Of a stretch of DNA of 64,000 nucleotides, positions 1 to 13,753 are shown piece by piece. The notes under the pieces are model-generated. The model was given only the letters and a program-made list of their open reading frames with translations, made no database searches and was not told the origin of the DNA. The DNA comes from Octopus sinensis (lineage: Eukaryota), in NCBI RefSeq assembly GCF_006345805.1, contig NC_043017.1, positions 1,798,001-1,862,000 of the forward strand, read 5' to 3'. Position 1 is the stretch's first letter. Every line of letters begins with the position of its first letter. The translations under genes were made by a program, and so were the position numbers.

Positions 1-97
1 TTTTGATAAGGTTCGTTTTTTCAAGAACTGAAGCATGTAAATTTCATAAAAAATTAAAATTGATATAATATATTGGCGTTTTCAAACTCCTGGTCAA

Positions 98-187
<90 letters not shown>

Positions 188-192
188 ATATT

Positions 193-298
<106 letters not shown>

Positions 299-306
299 TA
301 TAGAAG

Positions 307-357
307 AGCTTCTACAGGACTAGAACTGTTTCATTCAAGAGAAATCTTCAGGAAGCT
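307..357 (-). ncRNA. Type I hammerhead ribozyme motif (family H1), left end of the large palindrome
   Basis: Minus strand: AGCUUC CUGAAGA U-UUC-UCUU-GAA-U GAAA CAG-UUCUAGUC-CUG U A | GAAGCU. 6-bp stem I, canonical core, GUA cleavage triplet. Confidence 0.8.
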
Positions 358-534
358 AGTTAACAAGAATTGTATTGGCATTTATACATTTAGGCAGGTT
401 AAAGGGGTGTTGGTGGGGGACTTTTTGGGGGTAGGCATAGCGCAAAAAATCATACTTGGGGAGTGGTCAAGGAGTCAGTGTTAAATTAGATAGGAGAATA
501 AATAAAAAATAAAAAATAAAAAATAAAAAAAAAT

Positions 535-570
<36 letters not shown>

Positions 571-1014
571 AAATAAAAAATAAAAAATAAAAATAAAAAT
601 ATAAAAAATAAAAAATAAAAAATAAAAATATATAATATATATATATAAAGGGGGGAATAGAGTTTTAGGTAAATAAGGAGATTCTCACTTATACCTCTAC
701 ACATACACACATATATACACTGACACATACATATACAAATCTACACATACACATATATATGTGTACATACACACACTCACTTGCATACACGTATACACAC
801 ACGACCACACATACATATACACACAGAAAAATATATATATATACACATACACACACATACTCACATACACGCATACACACACAACAAATCCATACACACA
901 CATGCACACACAGCACACTAGTCCCTATATACACATATATACACATACACACATATATATACACCCACACATACACATACATACACATATATATACATAC
1001 ATACACATACATAT

Positions 1015-1059
<45 letters not shown>

Positions 1060-1680
1060 TATACATATGTGTACCCATGCATACCTACACATACACACAT
1101 ATATATATACATATACAAATACAGACCCATTCCCTAATTTTAATTTTATCTTCGTTTATTACTTTTGTTATCTTTGGCCGCTTGGTCACAAACATCTTGG
1201 CTATGACAGCCAGACCATTTATCCGTCTACTGGAAAACAATTACTCATTCACTCACGCACACTCTTTAGCGCATACACTCACTCATTCGTACACTCATAC
1301 GCATACACGCACGCACGCGTTATATTCATACATACATACATCTACATACATTCACGTATATACACATACGTACCTACAGATTCATGTCTACACTCTTAGA
1401 AGGCTAGTCTATACATATACACCAATAAATATAAATACACACACATACATGTACACCTACATACAAATACATACATGTACATATATATTACATATATATA
1501 TATATATATATATAATATATATATATATATATAATACATATATATATATATACGCGTACCTACAGATTCATGTCTACACTCTTAGAAGGCTAGTCTATAC
1601 ATATACACCAATAAATATAAATACACACACATACTTGTACACCTACATACAAATACATACATGTACATATATATATATAT

Positions 1681-1730
<50 letters not shown>

Positions 1731-1883
1731 ATTCATACTAACATGCATACTCAAAAAATAAGTAAATAGTAAATATATATACGCGCAGTTATTCATACAT
1801 GCATACTCAAAAAATAAATATTAAGTATATGTACGTGCAGTTACCTATTATATAGACGGATACATACATATAATAAACTTACA

Positions 1884-1931
<48 letters not shown>

Positions 1932-1943
1932 TATATATATATA

Positions 1944-1974
<31 letters not shown>

Positions 1975-2486
1975 CACACACATATATATAAACATAAATA
2001 TATACATACACACATACACCTACATATACACATGTATGTATGTGTGTATGTATATATTTATGTTTATATTATGTGTGGTGTATATATGTATATATATATA
2101 TGTATATATATATATATTATATAATATATATATATATATATATATCTATGTGTGTAAGTTTATTATATGTATGTATCCGTCTATATAATAGGTAACTGCA
2201 CGTACATATACTTAATTTATTTTTGAGTATGCATGTATGAATAACTGCGCGTATATATATTTACTATTTACTTATTTTTTGAGTATGCATGTTAGTATGA
2301 ATATATATATGTATATGTATATATATATTATATATATATATATGTATGTGTGTATATATATATATGTACATGTATGTATTTGTATGTAGGTGTACATGTT
2401 GTGTGTGTATTTATATTTATTGTGTATATGTATAGACTAGCCTCTAAGAGTGTAAGACATGAATCTGTAGGTACGAGTAATATATA

Positions 2487-2531
<45 letters not shown>

Positions 2532-2965
2532 GTATATATATATGTACATGTATGTATTTGTATGTAGGTGTACATGTATGTGTGTGTATTTATATTTATT
2601 GGTGTATATGTATAGACTAGCCTCTAAGAGTGTAGACATGAATCTGTAGGTACGTATGTGTATATACGTGAATGTATGTAGATGTATGTATGTATGAATA
2701 TAACGCGTGCGTGCGTGTATGCGTATGAGTGTACGAATGAGTGAGTGTATGCGCTAAAGAGTGTGCGTGAGTGAATGAGTATTGTTTTCCAGTAGACGGA
2801 TAAATGGTCTGGCTGTCATAGCCAAGATGTTTGTGACCAAGCGGCCAAAGATAACAAAAGTAATAACGAAGATATAAAATTAAAATTAGGGAATGGGTCT
2901 GTATTTGTATATGTATATAAATATATGTGTGTATGTGTAGGTATGCATGGGTACACATATGTATA

Positions 2966-3022
<57 letters not shown>

Positions 3023-3671
3023 ATATGTATGTGTATGTATGTATATATATGTGTATGTATGTGTATGTGTGGGTGTATATATATATGTGTGTATGTGTAT
3101 ATATGTGTATATAGGGACTAGTGTGCTGTGTGTGCATGTGTGTGTATGGATTTGTGTGTGTATGTGTATGCTGTATGTGAGTATGTGTGTGTATGTGTAT
3201 ATATATATTTTTCTGTGTGTATATGTATGTGTGCTCGTGTGTGTATATATACATGTGTGTATACGTGTATGCAAGTGAGTGTGTGTATGTATACATATAT
3301 ATGTGTATGTGTAGATATGTATATGTATGTGTGAGTGTATATATGTGTGTATGTGTAGAGGTATAAGTGAGAATCTCCTTATTTACCTAAAACTCTATTC
3401 CCCCCTTTATATATATATATATATATTATTTTTTTTTTTTTATTTTTTATTTTTTATTTTTTTTTTTATATTTTTTATTTTTTATTTTTTATTTTTTATT
3501 TTTTATTTTTTATTTTTTATTTTTTATATTCTCCTATCTAATTTAACACTGACTCCTTGACCACTCCCCCAAGTATGATTTTTTGCGCTATGCCTACCCC
3601 CAAAAAGTCCCCCACCAACACCCCTTTAAACCTGCCTAAATGTATAAATGCCAATACAATTCTTGTTAACT

Positions 3672-3722
3672 AGCTTCCTGAAGATTTCTCTTGAATGAAA
3701 CAGTTCTAGTCCTGTAGAAGCT
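3672..3722 (+). ncRNA. Type I hammerhead ribozyme motif (family H1), right end of the large palindrome
   Basis: Same 51-nt motif as 307-357; CUGAAGA at 3678-3684, GAAA at 3697-3700, predicted cleavage after A3716. Confidence 0.8.
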
Positions 3723-3805
3723 CCTTCTATATAACAAATTAATTTTACTCTGCTATGTATTGAGTACCTTATTTACTGTGGTTAACCCCGAATCAACCCG
3801 GGACC

Positions 3806-4018
<213 letters not shown>

Positions 4019-4054
4019 ATACGAATCTTTTGCGTAATGAGATAAAAAACTAAT

Positions 4055-4125
4055 GCTGTATAGATATTAGAGCATTTATAAATAGTAAGACCTTTGAGCT
4101 GTAAATGCTCTAATATCTATACAGC
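4055..4125. repeat. Perfect 24-bp inverted repeat with 23-nt spacer
   Basis: GCTGTATAGATATTAGAGCATTTA (4055-4078) and its exact reverse complement (4102-4125). Confidence 0.9.
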
Positions 4126-5015
4126 CTTGGTTTTTTTTATGTTATTACGCGAAAAATTCGTATACACACACGCTGACATAGAACCAACGTTGAACCCTTT
4201 ATTCGCAATATTACCAAATCTGGAACTTATCTATGGTCTGTCTATAGCACTTATTCAGCATTACCTGGCACCTTCGGGTTTCAATGATGCCATTATCTCT
4301 TTATACATATATATATATCAACAAATTTAACCTACTGGCCTTTACACAATTGCGTTTATATCCGATAATGTGTGCGACATTGTTCACAGCTTATTGTAAA
4401 CTTGTTAGTATTTATAATTAGTAGTCAAAATGTAAAAACTTAAATGAATGAATGATCAATAAGCTGCTTTCGTAACATTAAGATTAATACTCGGACAAAG
4501 ATAGGGTAATCCATAGTTCGATGTATCGATGATGAGTAGATGTCATGGATATGGATTGTTCATTCTAATTCATTAAATTTCGTGTTATATTAAAGAAATA
4601 ACAAAGAGACAAAATCGATCGAAAATCTTTCGGAAAAATTAAAGCAGGTTAAAAGTACTTAATGCCAAGTTCAAAAACTGTAGTTAAGAGTAGAAACGAA
4701 TGACTGTGCGCCGTGTACATCCTTAAGACGGAGAGGCAAAATAGCTGAAGTACAAAATTGCTTAATACTACTGGCAACACTAATAATACCAATAAAAACA
4801 TAAAATCAATAAAAATACAAATATTGGTCAGAAAGTTTGGCACAGGGCCAACAATTTTGGTGGAGGGTGTTAGCCGATTACATCAACCCCAGTTATCAAC
4901 TGGTTTTTACTTTATCGACCCCGACGGTTTTTTTAATTCAGAACTTAAACTCGGAAAATGCCGCTAAGCATTTTCTTTTGCGATAGAGATTCTGACGGCT
5001 CACCGCTTTAATCCT

Positions 5016-5226
5016 TTCTACTATAGGCACAAGGCCTGAAATATGAGGGAGGGGAGATAGTCAATCACATCGACCCCAGTACTCAACTGGTACTTAATTC
5101 ATCGATCCCGAAAGGATGAAAGGCAAAGTCGACCTCAGTGGATTTTGAACTCAGAACATAGAGGTAGACGAAATACCGCTAAGTATTTCGCCCAGAGTAT
5201 TAACAATTCTGCCAGCTCACCGCCTT
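5016..5226 (-). mobile_element. tRNA-headed SINE, family A (variant tail); degenerate copy adjacent at ~4830-5010
   Basis: Shares the GGCAAAGTCGACC..GAACTCAGAAC and ATCGACCCCGAAAGGATGAAAGG core with many copies in the window. The core resembles the Meta-domain of MetaSINEs (from memory, unverified). Confidence 0.8.
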
Positions 5227-5726
5227 GATAGCAATAATACAATAAAATAGCAACCCTTTTATAAAAATGGTTTGAAAATTTGGCCCATAGCCATAAATTA
5301 CGGTGTAAGAGGTTAAGTGGAGTGCACTGATTTATATAGTCTCAGATATCTTGATCATTCGTAGCGCATGAATTTAGGGTTTGTGTCCTCCCCACAAGAT
5401 CCCAAGTTCGGCCTTACTTTGCTACAGAAGTATTGGTGTGTATCCCGTTGCTCCAACAATAGATATGAAGCTAAAATTGTATCTTGGCTACTGGATTTGC
5501 AAACCCTTTATAAATGGTCCATAGATGTCATATTTATCTTGTATATTTCTACCTGCCTTAGTAAACAGGACGCAAATGATTTCCTCAGTAAAACATACCT
5601 GTTCCTTCTACGCCCACGCAACAATGTTTGGCCGGTTGAGTTATAAATTGGAGTGTGTTGTAATTCTTAATTTCCTCCAATATACTTTTGATGCATCGGA
5701 CTCACTTTGGTGAACTTAGTCTGTAG

Positions 5727-5950
5727 TTATTTTATTTTGTATTTTGTTATCTTCTTCCAGACTGTTCTGGCCACCGCATCATGCCAGCTGGGGTGATAAT
5801 ATCTGGAAGACATTTTCTCGCAGTTGGCAATAATTTGGTTGATGTCTTCAGTCGTGGTCTTGCACAGACTAAATTTCTGTTGGATGTCATTCTTAAGTTT
5901 TATTTCAAGATTTCTTGCCAATAGAGAGTCAGTTTCTAACAAAGATCCAA
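5727..5950 (-). mobile_element. Relic of REL-endonuclease non-LTR retrotransposon (R2 superfamily, CCHC knuckle region)
   Basis: SLCKTTTEDINQIIANCEKMSSRYYHPSWHDAVA matches the CxxC-(E)-H-C...RHD pattern that precedes the REL domain. Confidence 0.65.
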
Positions 5951-7321
5951 GATTCCTTCAATGGAATTTCAACATCAACAACAGGGTATTTTTTATTTGT
6001 TTGCATCTATGTATGTGTACGCGCAGATTTGTATGTTTTGCTTTATGTATGTATTCTCATGCATATAGCTGCATATCTAGACATGCTCGTATGTATTTAA
6101 ATGATCAATTTCTGGAAAATTTTGCAGATTTTTACAGTTCCATTGATGGATTGGATCTGTTATCTTCGAATTAACTTTCATGTGAACCAATGAAATATCC
6201 TTCAGACTTCCTTAACATGAATGGCAAAGGGTTTACAGAAAATATAAACAACACTACTGAGAGGCTGTCCCCTTGGAATATGCCTTTTCGATACTGTTTT
6301 GTATCAGTGATAATAAGTCACTCTTTGTTTTTAATTTCAAGATGGTGGCTCACCATCAATGCTCACTTTGACTACACTCACTGGAATTTTAGCAAGTTGA
6401 AGAGCTTGTACGTATGTATGTATGTATGTATGTATGTATGTATGTATGTATGTATGTATGTATGTATGTATGTATGTATGTATGTATGTATGTGTGTATG
6501 TATGTATGTACGTACGTACGTACGTATGCATGTATGTATGTATCTAGATATGTATGTATGTATGTATGTATTTGTGTATGTATGTATGTATTAATTATAT
6601 ACGGAAAGTAATTTGGCTTTCAATTTTGCTTTTACGTTTTTAATATTTTCAAGATTTTTTAAGGTAATAAATGTTTTTTTCTCGAAAATTAGTAATTGTT
6701 TCATCATTATGTATTAACACTATTAATTTTAATAAAAGTTAAATTATGTTTAATGTATGCATTCCATATTACCCGTGGTGGAAAAATATGCTTCCAGAGT
6801 TACCCGTCGTATAACAATATAAAACGCAAACTTCGTCGTCACATAACAAATAACAAATATGCGTAGTAACTTCTGTTGGTGCAAACAAAGTGAGTGCTTC
6901 CTCATACCCGTTCGAATACGAACATCAAACTTCGAGGACAACAAATACTGAGAAGGACGAGAAGGCAGAAAATAAGGGAAATCGTGTCAAACGTTAATGT
7001 TTAAACAAAACAAATGGAAAATCTTAAACGCCTAAAGAAATAAAATAACATCCGATTAAATAAAATAATATTTCGTAGTAAAATTTCCAGCAAAGATTTC
7101 GACTTCAGCCTAAAACTAAATATCGAGAACTTGGTTAAAAAATAATCAATGAGGCGACGACAGCAACGAAAGTGGAATTTTTAAGGAAGAGGCAGCGAGA
7201 AAAATCTCACGGGAATGAGGAAACAAGGTAACAATCACTGTTCTGACATTTGCTATCGTCATAATTACAGATGTCATACAGGTAGAACAAGAAAAAAAAA
7301 GAAAAGAAAAGAAAAGAAAGA

Positions 7322-7720
7322 GGAGTGGCTGTGTGGTAAATAGCTTGCTAACCAACCACATGGTTCCGGGGTCAGTCCCACTGCGTGACATCTTGGGCAA
7401 GTGTCTTCTGCTATAGCCCCGGGCCGACCAATGTCTTGTGAGTGGATTTGGTAGACGGAAACTGAAAGAAGCCTGTCGTATATATGTATATATATATATG
7501 TATGTGTGTGTGTGTTTGTGTGTCTGTGTTTGTCCCCCAAGCATTGCTTGACAACCGATGTGTTTACGTCCCCGTCACTTAGCGGTTCGGCAAAAGAGAC
7601 CGATAGAATAAGTACTGGGCTTACAAAGAATAAGTCCCGGGGTCGAGTTGCTCGACTAAAGGCGGTGCTCCAGCATGGCCGCAGTCGAATGACTGAAACA
7701 AGTAAAAGAGTAAAAGAGTA
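7322..7720 (+). mobile_element. tRNA-headed SINE, family B, full length
   Basis: GGAGTGGCTGTGTGG head, B-box-like GGTCAGTCCC, internal (TA)(TG) tract, (GAGTAAAA)n tail; homologous to 34369, 58974, 60277. Confidence 0.85.
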
Positions 7721-8049
7721 AATGAGAAGTCACCAGCACGTGACCAGATTCCGAATTGCCCCTCAAAATATTTAACAGAGACACAAAGTCAAAAGCAGAG
7801 AGGTTTCAGGAGACGCTAAGAGGACTGGAGTCAACACCTAATGGACTCACGAAGGGAACAGCTATCTGCACTTCCGTTGGTGATCTGTGTACCTTGGGTA
7901 TGAGTTGTGTTTCACTTTGGGCTTCTTCTTTACAGTATTGGAAATTGTCTACATAATAAGGGTCCGATTCCTCGCAGATCCATTGTCTTTATTTAATGTA
8001 TACACAGTTTTGCTTATATATTCTAATTATTCTGCAAGCTGCAATTATA

Positions 8050-8810
8050 ACATTCGTCTTGGTTGTCTCTATTCGCTAATCTTTGTATTTCTATAATTTC
8101 TCCATTCTTTCATAGATACATTATCATCTGTCAGCAATTGATACGGCAATTGAGGAGCATATCTTTTTCAAGTGACCCTTGTCAATAATTTCTTGCTCTC
8201 CCTGATTGATCTCCCTACTTGTGTGTATTGACATCTCCACATTACAATTTCCTTTCCATTCTCAGACAACTTTTTTCTATGCTTGCTTATGTCATCTCAT
8301 TTCAGTTTATATTTCAAACTGCTGACATAGCTTCCAGTGTAGGCAAGCCCCAACGCTGCCATGCCTATTGGTTAATTTTTCTTGGCTGAGATTTGACCAC
8401 TAATGGTAATATGGTTTATTGATTCTTCTCCATCTCCACATACTCTCAAATTACTGCATTCAACTTTATTATCTGGTCTTAATGTTTTCCGGTCGGAAAG
8501 CTTCCCTCTTGTGCAGTGTTGCATCTTTTCCCTGTCTACACAATTGCTGTTCAGCGTACACAAATTTATTTCACGTGTTTGGTCTAAATCTCATCTCTGA
8601 GTCACGCTACTTGCGGTGATATTTGGGGTTTATAATTAATTTTTTTTTCGACAAGGTTGACTTGGCACTTTCTTCTGAACCGAATCGCATATCGATGTCT
8701 TCGGTATATCTGTATACTTGTGCTTCTAGCTGTTTATGATTTGCATTTACAGTTTGACATCTCCAGGTATCAAAGATTGTTAATCCTCTTGCGAGTGCAT
8801 TTACTCTCAT
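8050..8810 (-). mobile_element. Decayed REL-endonuclease LINE C-terminus (R4/Dong-like)
   Basis: RVCGDGEESINHI knuckle, followed in shifted frames by remnants of the WD..T..I..R PD-region and KY-DLA-E motifs. Confidence 0.55.
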
Positions 8811-9879
8811 ACCTCCTGACTTTCTACGATATGTGTATATATTAATATGTATGTATATAATATTAATATATTATATACATACATACATACATACATACAT
8901 ATACATGCGTTTTAAAGGATTACTTAGGGTGTAAGTTAAATACCGGGTTATCCGGTAAGTTCTGAGCGATTTCAGGATTTGTGTCTTTAAGCCCTTCAAG
9001 CAACAATCCTAATCTTAATATGACTCATAATTTAGAACTGCGTATAGTACTGAAGCCTATTTGATAAGTTTCACGTTAAAGGCAAGACTAACACCCCAGA
9101 CGTAGGAAAACGGTCCTAAATTGAAGATGCTCTCATTCAGCCTGAATAAAACCCAAACAAACCAAATATGGCATACATCAAGAACAATGTCAGAAATATC
9201 AAAAATATCCAAAAATATAAAAAAAACATAATAATCAAATATCCACATTATCTATTCATGACCTAGCTATAAATTCACAATGACCGACAAGGCAAACACA
9301 ACCTCATGTTAGGTCAATATTCTTTTATCAAACTATCAAAGATAATATTCTCTAACTTGGAATACCAACAGAGTGAGGTACAAACTAGATGCTGAATCAA
9401 GAACAATGATGACGTTGACCGAGATCTCGTTGCGGGGTCGCTCATAACCATATGCAGTACTTCAAGCGGTTTTGACCCCTGGGTAGTAGCATTCAAGTGT
9501 TTCTGAAGATGAACAATGGAAGTGTGCCTATTCACACTAGAACTGCCTCTAGGCAACTATCAAAGTAATACACATGCAAAATTGCAGCCTATTACACCTA
9601 TTATTGTCGGTGATATCATGACCTAAAGAATACTGTTCATAGTCAGAAATGTCAAATTGCGAAAAACCCTAAAAACGCTGGAAATAGTTGGTTTACAAAC
9701 AAAGCCCAACTACACAAGGATAATGTCCAAATTTTAGTGAAATATTTGCAGTTGTTTTGCTCAATCTAATAACACCCAGAGGCGTATCCTTTGCTATTTT
9801 TCTGAGATTTTGCTATGTGAAATCTGAGGTATTTTTCTTGCCTTAAAATCAACATTTATTTTACTTTCAGTCCTAATTG

Positions 9880-10616
9880 CCATTTGCAGTAGGTGAATCA
9901 ACTGTTCGAAGATAATTTGCAAAACTTAGACGTTGTGAGATCAGCCTGGAACATGACAGTCGCAAGGGAAAACCTTCAACCTTAGATGACGATATTTTGA
10001 AGGTAAACATTGAAGAAAGCTCTATTACTATTAGAGAACTTGTAGAGAAGTTGGAAGTTTCCAAAATTGACGTTCACGAACTCTTAGTGAAAATTGGTTA
10101 TGTTTCTCACTATGATGTTTGGACGCCTCATGAGCTGTCAAAAAGAAACTGCATGGATCAATATTCTGAAACGTAATGAAAATATTCCTTTCCCAAAAGA
10201 ACTGGTAACTGGAGACGAAAAATGGATTCTTTACGATAATATAGTAAGAAAATGATCGTAGATTTTTGTGGGGATTCCCATTAAACAACTTCCATAAACA
10301 GAATATTCATTCAAAAAATTCTTGCTTTGTGCTTGGTGGGATTTCAAAGGCATTATTTACCATGAGTTACCCCCACGAAATTAGACCCCAGTTCTAATGC
10401 GTACTGTTATCAATTAAGACAAACGCTCTCTTGCTGGAGAGAGATTGTGGTCCACCAGAACAATGCCTAACGATGTGTGTCTTTGGCCACCCGCACAAAG
10501 TTGCATAAACTTGGGTGGGATCTCTTGCCCCATCCACCACCCTCCACTGACAATGCGCCATCTGACTATCATTTGTTTCTTTTTTCTCTAAAATAAAACC
10601 TTAATATGATCTAGAT
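9880..10616 (+). mobile_element. Mariner transposase pseudogene, 5' part
   Basis: Translates with stops/frameshifts to AVGESTVRR..., VWTPHEL, LVTGDEKWILYDN, LCAWWDFKGIIYHE, HPPPSTDNAPSDYHLF. Confidence 0.88.
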
Positions 10617-11669
10617 CAGGGGTCTGCAGCTTCTTTACCACCACGGGCCACATTGAGTATTAATGACGAATAGCAGGCCAGACGAAGGACATAAAAGAAT
10701 AATTATGGAAAATTACACAAGCTAAAATTTAATCATGAATGTTGGCTACACTTAAAAATAATTTGTATTAACCACAAATGGGTGCAGTAATGGAAAAACA
10801 TCATTTATTCAATTTAAGACATCATTGGAATCATTTGTTTTAAAAGCAAAATCTTTAAAGTATTTGGCAGCCAAAATAATTAATGGGAAACTTTAATGTT
10901 TTTGTTCCTTGAAAGCTTCTCAATATTAGGCTTCAAACTCGTTGATGCCAAGAGCAAAATATTATCAAGATGATTATCTGTTAATCTTGTTCTCAAATTG
11001 TCTTCAGTTTGCTTCAATTTGGAAAATAATTGCTCACACTGATAAGTGCTTCCAAACAAAGATAGCATGGTTCTCTAAGTTGGGATGCTTCCCACTCGGA
11101 AAAATATATTTTGCATAGGAGTCAATCAATGTAACATCCTTAGAATGAAATTTCGATCTCCCTAAGACGTCACACTGCATCTCAATGAATCCCATTTGAA
11201 AACATCCTGAGACTGTCTTCACCTTCACATCAAATAGTCTAGCAAACAATTTAAACTGAGTTGCATGCAGAAAAACGTGATGTAAATTCATTTCTCAAAT
11301 CCTCGATTTTATTTACAAATACTTCTGAATTCTTTGGTTTCTTTCCTTGAAATGATGGTAAATGCGCATGATTTTTTATTTCGAAATTGATGTTCCCACA
11401 ACCAAGTATCGTTATGCATTTCATCTAAGAGCTGGGTTTTACTCTTTACTCATTCACTCTTTTACTTGTTTCAGTCATTTGAAGCGGCCATGCTAGTGCA
11501 CCACCTTTAGTCGAGCGTATCGACCCAAGGACTTATTCTTTGTAAGAATAGTACATATTCTATCGGTCTCTTTTGCCGAACCGCTAAGCTACGGGGACGT
11601 AAATACACCAGCATCGGTTGTCAAGCGATGTTGGGAGACAAACAGACACACACACACACACACACACAT

Positions 11670-11719
<50 letters not shown>

Positions 11720-11944
11720 CTTTACTACCCACAAGGGGCTAAACACAGACGGGACAAACAAGGACAGACGAACGGATTAAGTCGATTATATCGACCCCAG
11801 TGTGTAACTGGTACTTAATTTATCGACCCCGAAAGGATGAAAGGCAAAGTCGACCTCGGCGGAATTTGAACTCGGAACGTGACGACAGACGAAATACAGC
11901 TACGCATTTCGCCCGGCGTGCTAACGTTTCTGCCAGCTCGCCGC

Positions 11945-12007
<63 letters not shown>

Positions 12008-13541
12008 TTCTTTACTACCCACAAGGGGCTAAACACAGACGGGACAAACAAGGACAGACGAACGGATTAAGTCGATTATATCGACCCCAGTGTGTAACTG
12101 GTACTTAATTTATCGACCCCGAAAGGATGAAAGGCAAAGTCGACCTCGGCGGAATTTGAACTCGGAACGTGACGACAGACGAAATACAGCTACGCATTTC
12201 GCCCGGCGTGCTAACGTTTCTGCCAGCTCGCCGCCTAATATATATATATATATATATATATACATGTGGACTCTCTCTCATTACTTATATATATACATAT
12301 ATACATATATACGACGGGCTTCTTTCAGTTTCACAAGGCTTTGGTCGGCCCGAGGCTATAGTTGAAGACACACACTTGCGTAAGGTGCCACGCAGTGGGA
12401 CTGAACCGGGAACCATGTGGCTGGTAAGCAAGCTACACACCACACAGTCACTCCTACACATTTACCTTGAAGTTTCAAATTTAGGATATTTAAATGAGTC
12501 CAAATATCCACAATAAATGCCGAAGTTGCAAGCCAATCAGGATCTTGAAGATGTGAACTATCCACACGTTTGCTTTCGAAAAATATCGCCACCTCTTTGT
12601 GTAGGGCAAGTACTTTTATTGGCATTGATCCTCGGCTAAAGCCAGCGTACATCGCAGACTTAAGCAAGGTAACCATATTCTGCCCCAGTGTCTAGCAAAA
12701 ACTGTTTAAATTGACGATGATGTAATCCACGAGATAGGATCAGATTCACAGCCTTCACAACATTCTTAAATTTCAAAGACTTGGCACACAATGTCAGTTG
12801 ATGGATAATGCAATTTTAACAAGTTTATGTGTGGTTCCAAGGCCATGTGTTCTTGCAGTAGTGCAACAAGACCCATTTTTTTGTCCTACCATCACTAGAG
12901 CATTATCATTTGTAATGCCAATTAGCTTCAAAAAATCAAATTTCATTTCTGATATCATTTTCAACAAAGCTTCAAAGATGTTTACTTCGGTTACGGTTTC
13001 CTTAAATAAATTCTTCAAAGATCTGATAAGTTGAAGTCATTCCTCGCACAAAGACAGCAATTTGTCTTGTGTCACTTAAGTTAGTTCTCTCATCGACTGC
13101 AATAGAAAAATATTGCAATTCACTGCAGGATTTGATTAATTGATTTTTAGCATCTGGTGACATTTCTTCAACCCGCACTGTGACCTTTCTCAGAAACAGG
13201 CTGATAGCTTCAAATAAAAACATTTTTTCTGGACAAACAATATTCAACACTACCAAAAAGCGGTCTTTAAAAACAAAATCACCATGCGATGAATTTTTAA
13301 TTGTGGTTTTGCCGTCAAAGTGTTCACATCCGGTTGGTGGTGGACATTAGGTAGAGTGAATGAGAAAATTTGTGAAAGAATGTAACAGCAGGCCTTTTAT
13401 TGTATTCGAAACTCTCGTCTCTCATATATCAATAAATTTAAAATTTAAATAAACAACTCATTGAACATTTGTTCTCTCGGAACGGTCAGAATCCTTTCGT
13501 GGGCCGGATCCGGCCCGCGGGCAGTAAGTTGCCGATCCCTG
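10617..13541 (-). mobile_element. hAT DNA transposon (Buster/Charlie group, GTF2IRD2/SPIN-like transposase), decayed
   Basis: TIRs CAGGGGTCTGCAGCTT / CAGGGATCGGCAACTT (13/16); 8-bp TSD ATCTAGAT / ATTTAGAT; ORF relics VCPEK..FEAISL, YFSIAVDERT, DPDWLATSAFIVDI, MLSLFGSTYQCEQLFS..RTRLTDNHL. Confidence 0.92.
11440..12455 (-). mobile_element. Family B SINE inserted in the hAT, itself interrupted by two identical family A SINEs (11717-11945, 12007-12235)
   Basis: B tail half at 11440-11650 and B head half at ~12310-12455; the two A copies are identical at a 290-nt offset between TA tracts. Confidence 0.88.
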
Positions 13542-13753
13542 ATTTAGATGGTGTCAAAACCCACTTAGATTACTTCTTTTCATCAAAAGCAACTGAGTTT
13601 TATACCAACGGAATATCTAAATTGTCTGCTAAATGGACAAAGTTTATAGAAAACAATGGAAATGACTTTAAAGAATAAAGATGAGAGAATGTTTGAAATT
13701 TCTTATCCTGTATTGCACTTAAAAAATGCCAAGAACTTTCAGGACAACCTGAT
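13542..13753 (+). mobile_element. Mariner transposase pseudogene, 3' part with TIR
   Basis: DLDGVKTHLDYFFSSKATEFYTNGISKLSAKWTKFIENNG continues the ORF broken at 10616; ~13722-13753 resembles the TIR at 23891. Confidence 0.85.

Noticed and set aside
759-1769. 336-aa ORF and the many YI/HT/CV/MYVC-rich ORFs
   Set aside because: Translations of TA, CA and CATA microsatellites, which lack stops in some frames; no domain content.
5540-5600. CTGAGGA...GAAA on the minus strand as a hammerhead
   Set aside because: Stems I and II do not pair and the cleavage position would be G. Similar failures at 5846, 9504, 13749, 14040, 16174, 16564, 17450, 21562, 24628, 30375, 38785, 43844, 47347 and 55948.
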